Shown here piece after piece: positions 32,842-33,040 of a DNA stretch of 33,040 nt. A model generated the notes under the pieces. It saw only the letters and a list, made by a program, of their open reading frames with translations, was not told where the DNA came from and searched no databases. Location: positions 1 to 33,040 of the forward strand of contig CAJVPI010000366.1 in NCBI GenBank assembly GCA_910592345.1. The letters run 5' to 3'. Made by a program: the position numbers and the translations under genes. Position 1 is the first letter of the stretch; the number at the start of each line of letters is the position of its first letter. Source of the stretch: Paraglomus brasilianum. Lineage: Eukaryota.

Positions 32842-33040
32842 GGGGCATGCTGCAACAAAACCAGACAAAGTGAACATTCTATAAATGAGGGACTGATTGT
32901 GATGTGAGTGCAAAATTGATCAGGGTGACTGATGACGTTTTGCCTTGTTAATTTTAATGCTCCCTTTATCATACCAAAATGTGAGGAATATAAACCATAA
33001 CAGGAGTAATATAGGGTTATCTCTATATATAAAAATATAA
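32842..33040 (+). mobile_element. Terminal segment of the unclassified repeat, copy 2 (runs off the window)
   Basis: Direct, diverged copy of 30306-30520. It interrupts the nuclease pseudogene just after the codons EDPY. Confidence 0.7.

Overview
AT-rich, intron-containing fungal nuclear DNA. Gene families and repeats suggest an early-diverging fungus, most likely Glomeromycotina/Mucoromycota (inference). Two conserved multi-exon genes lie on the minus strand: a DRS2-type P4-ATPase phospholipid flippase (about 20 exons, one of only 11 nt) and the polyadenylation factor PFS2/WDR33. There is also a single-exon F-box gene, a truncated Crinkler-type P-loop NTPase locus, several MITEs, a non-autonomous pogo-like transposon and two 5'-truncated non-LTR retrotransposon tails with target-site duplications (TSDs). 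The most striking region is about 30.6-32.4 kb. It holds an intronless, operon-like pair of decayed genes that read through when TGA is Trp (Mollicute code 4), preceded by a roughly 340-nt highly base-paired leader whose G-U pairs favour the coding strand. I interpret it as DNA from a Mycoplasma-related endobacterium (MRE) inserted into the fungal genome within a nest of transposon remnants, carrying an unidentified structured RNA. No searches or folding programs were run; all alignments and pairings were done by eye.
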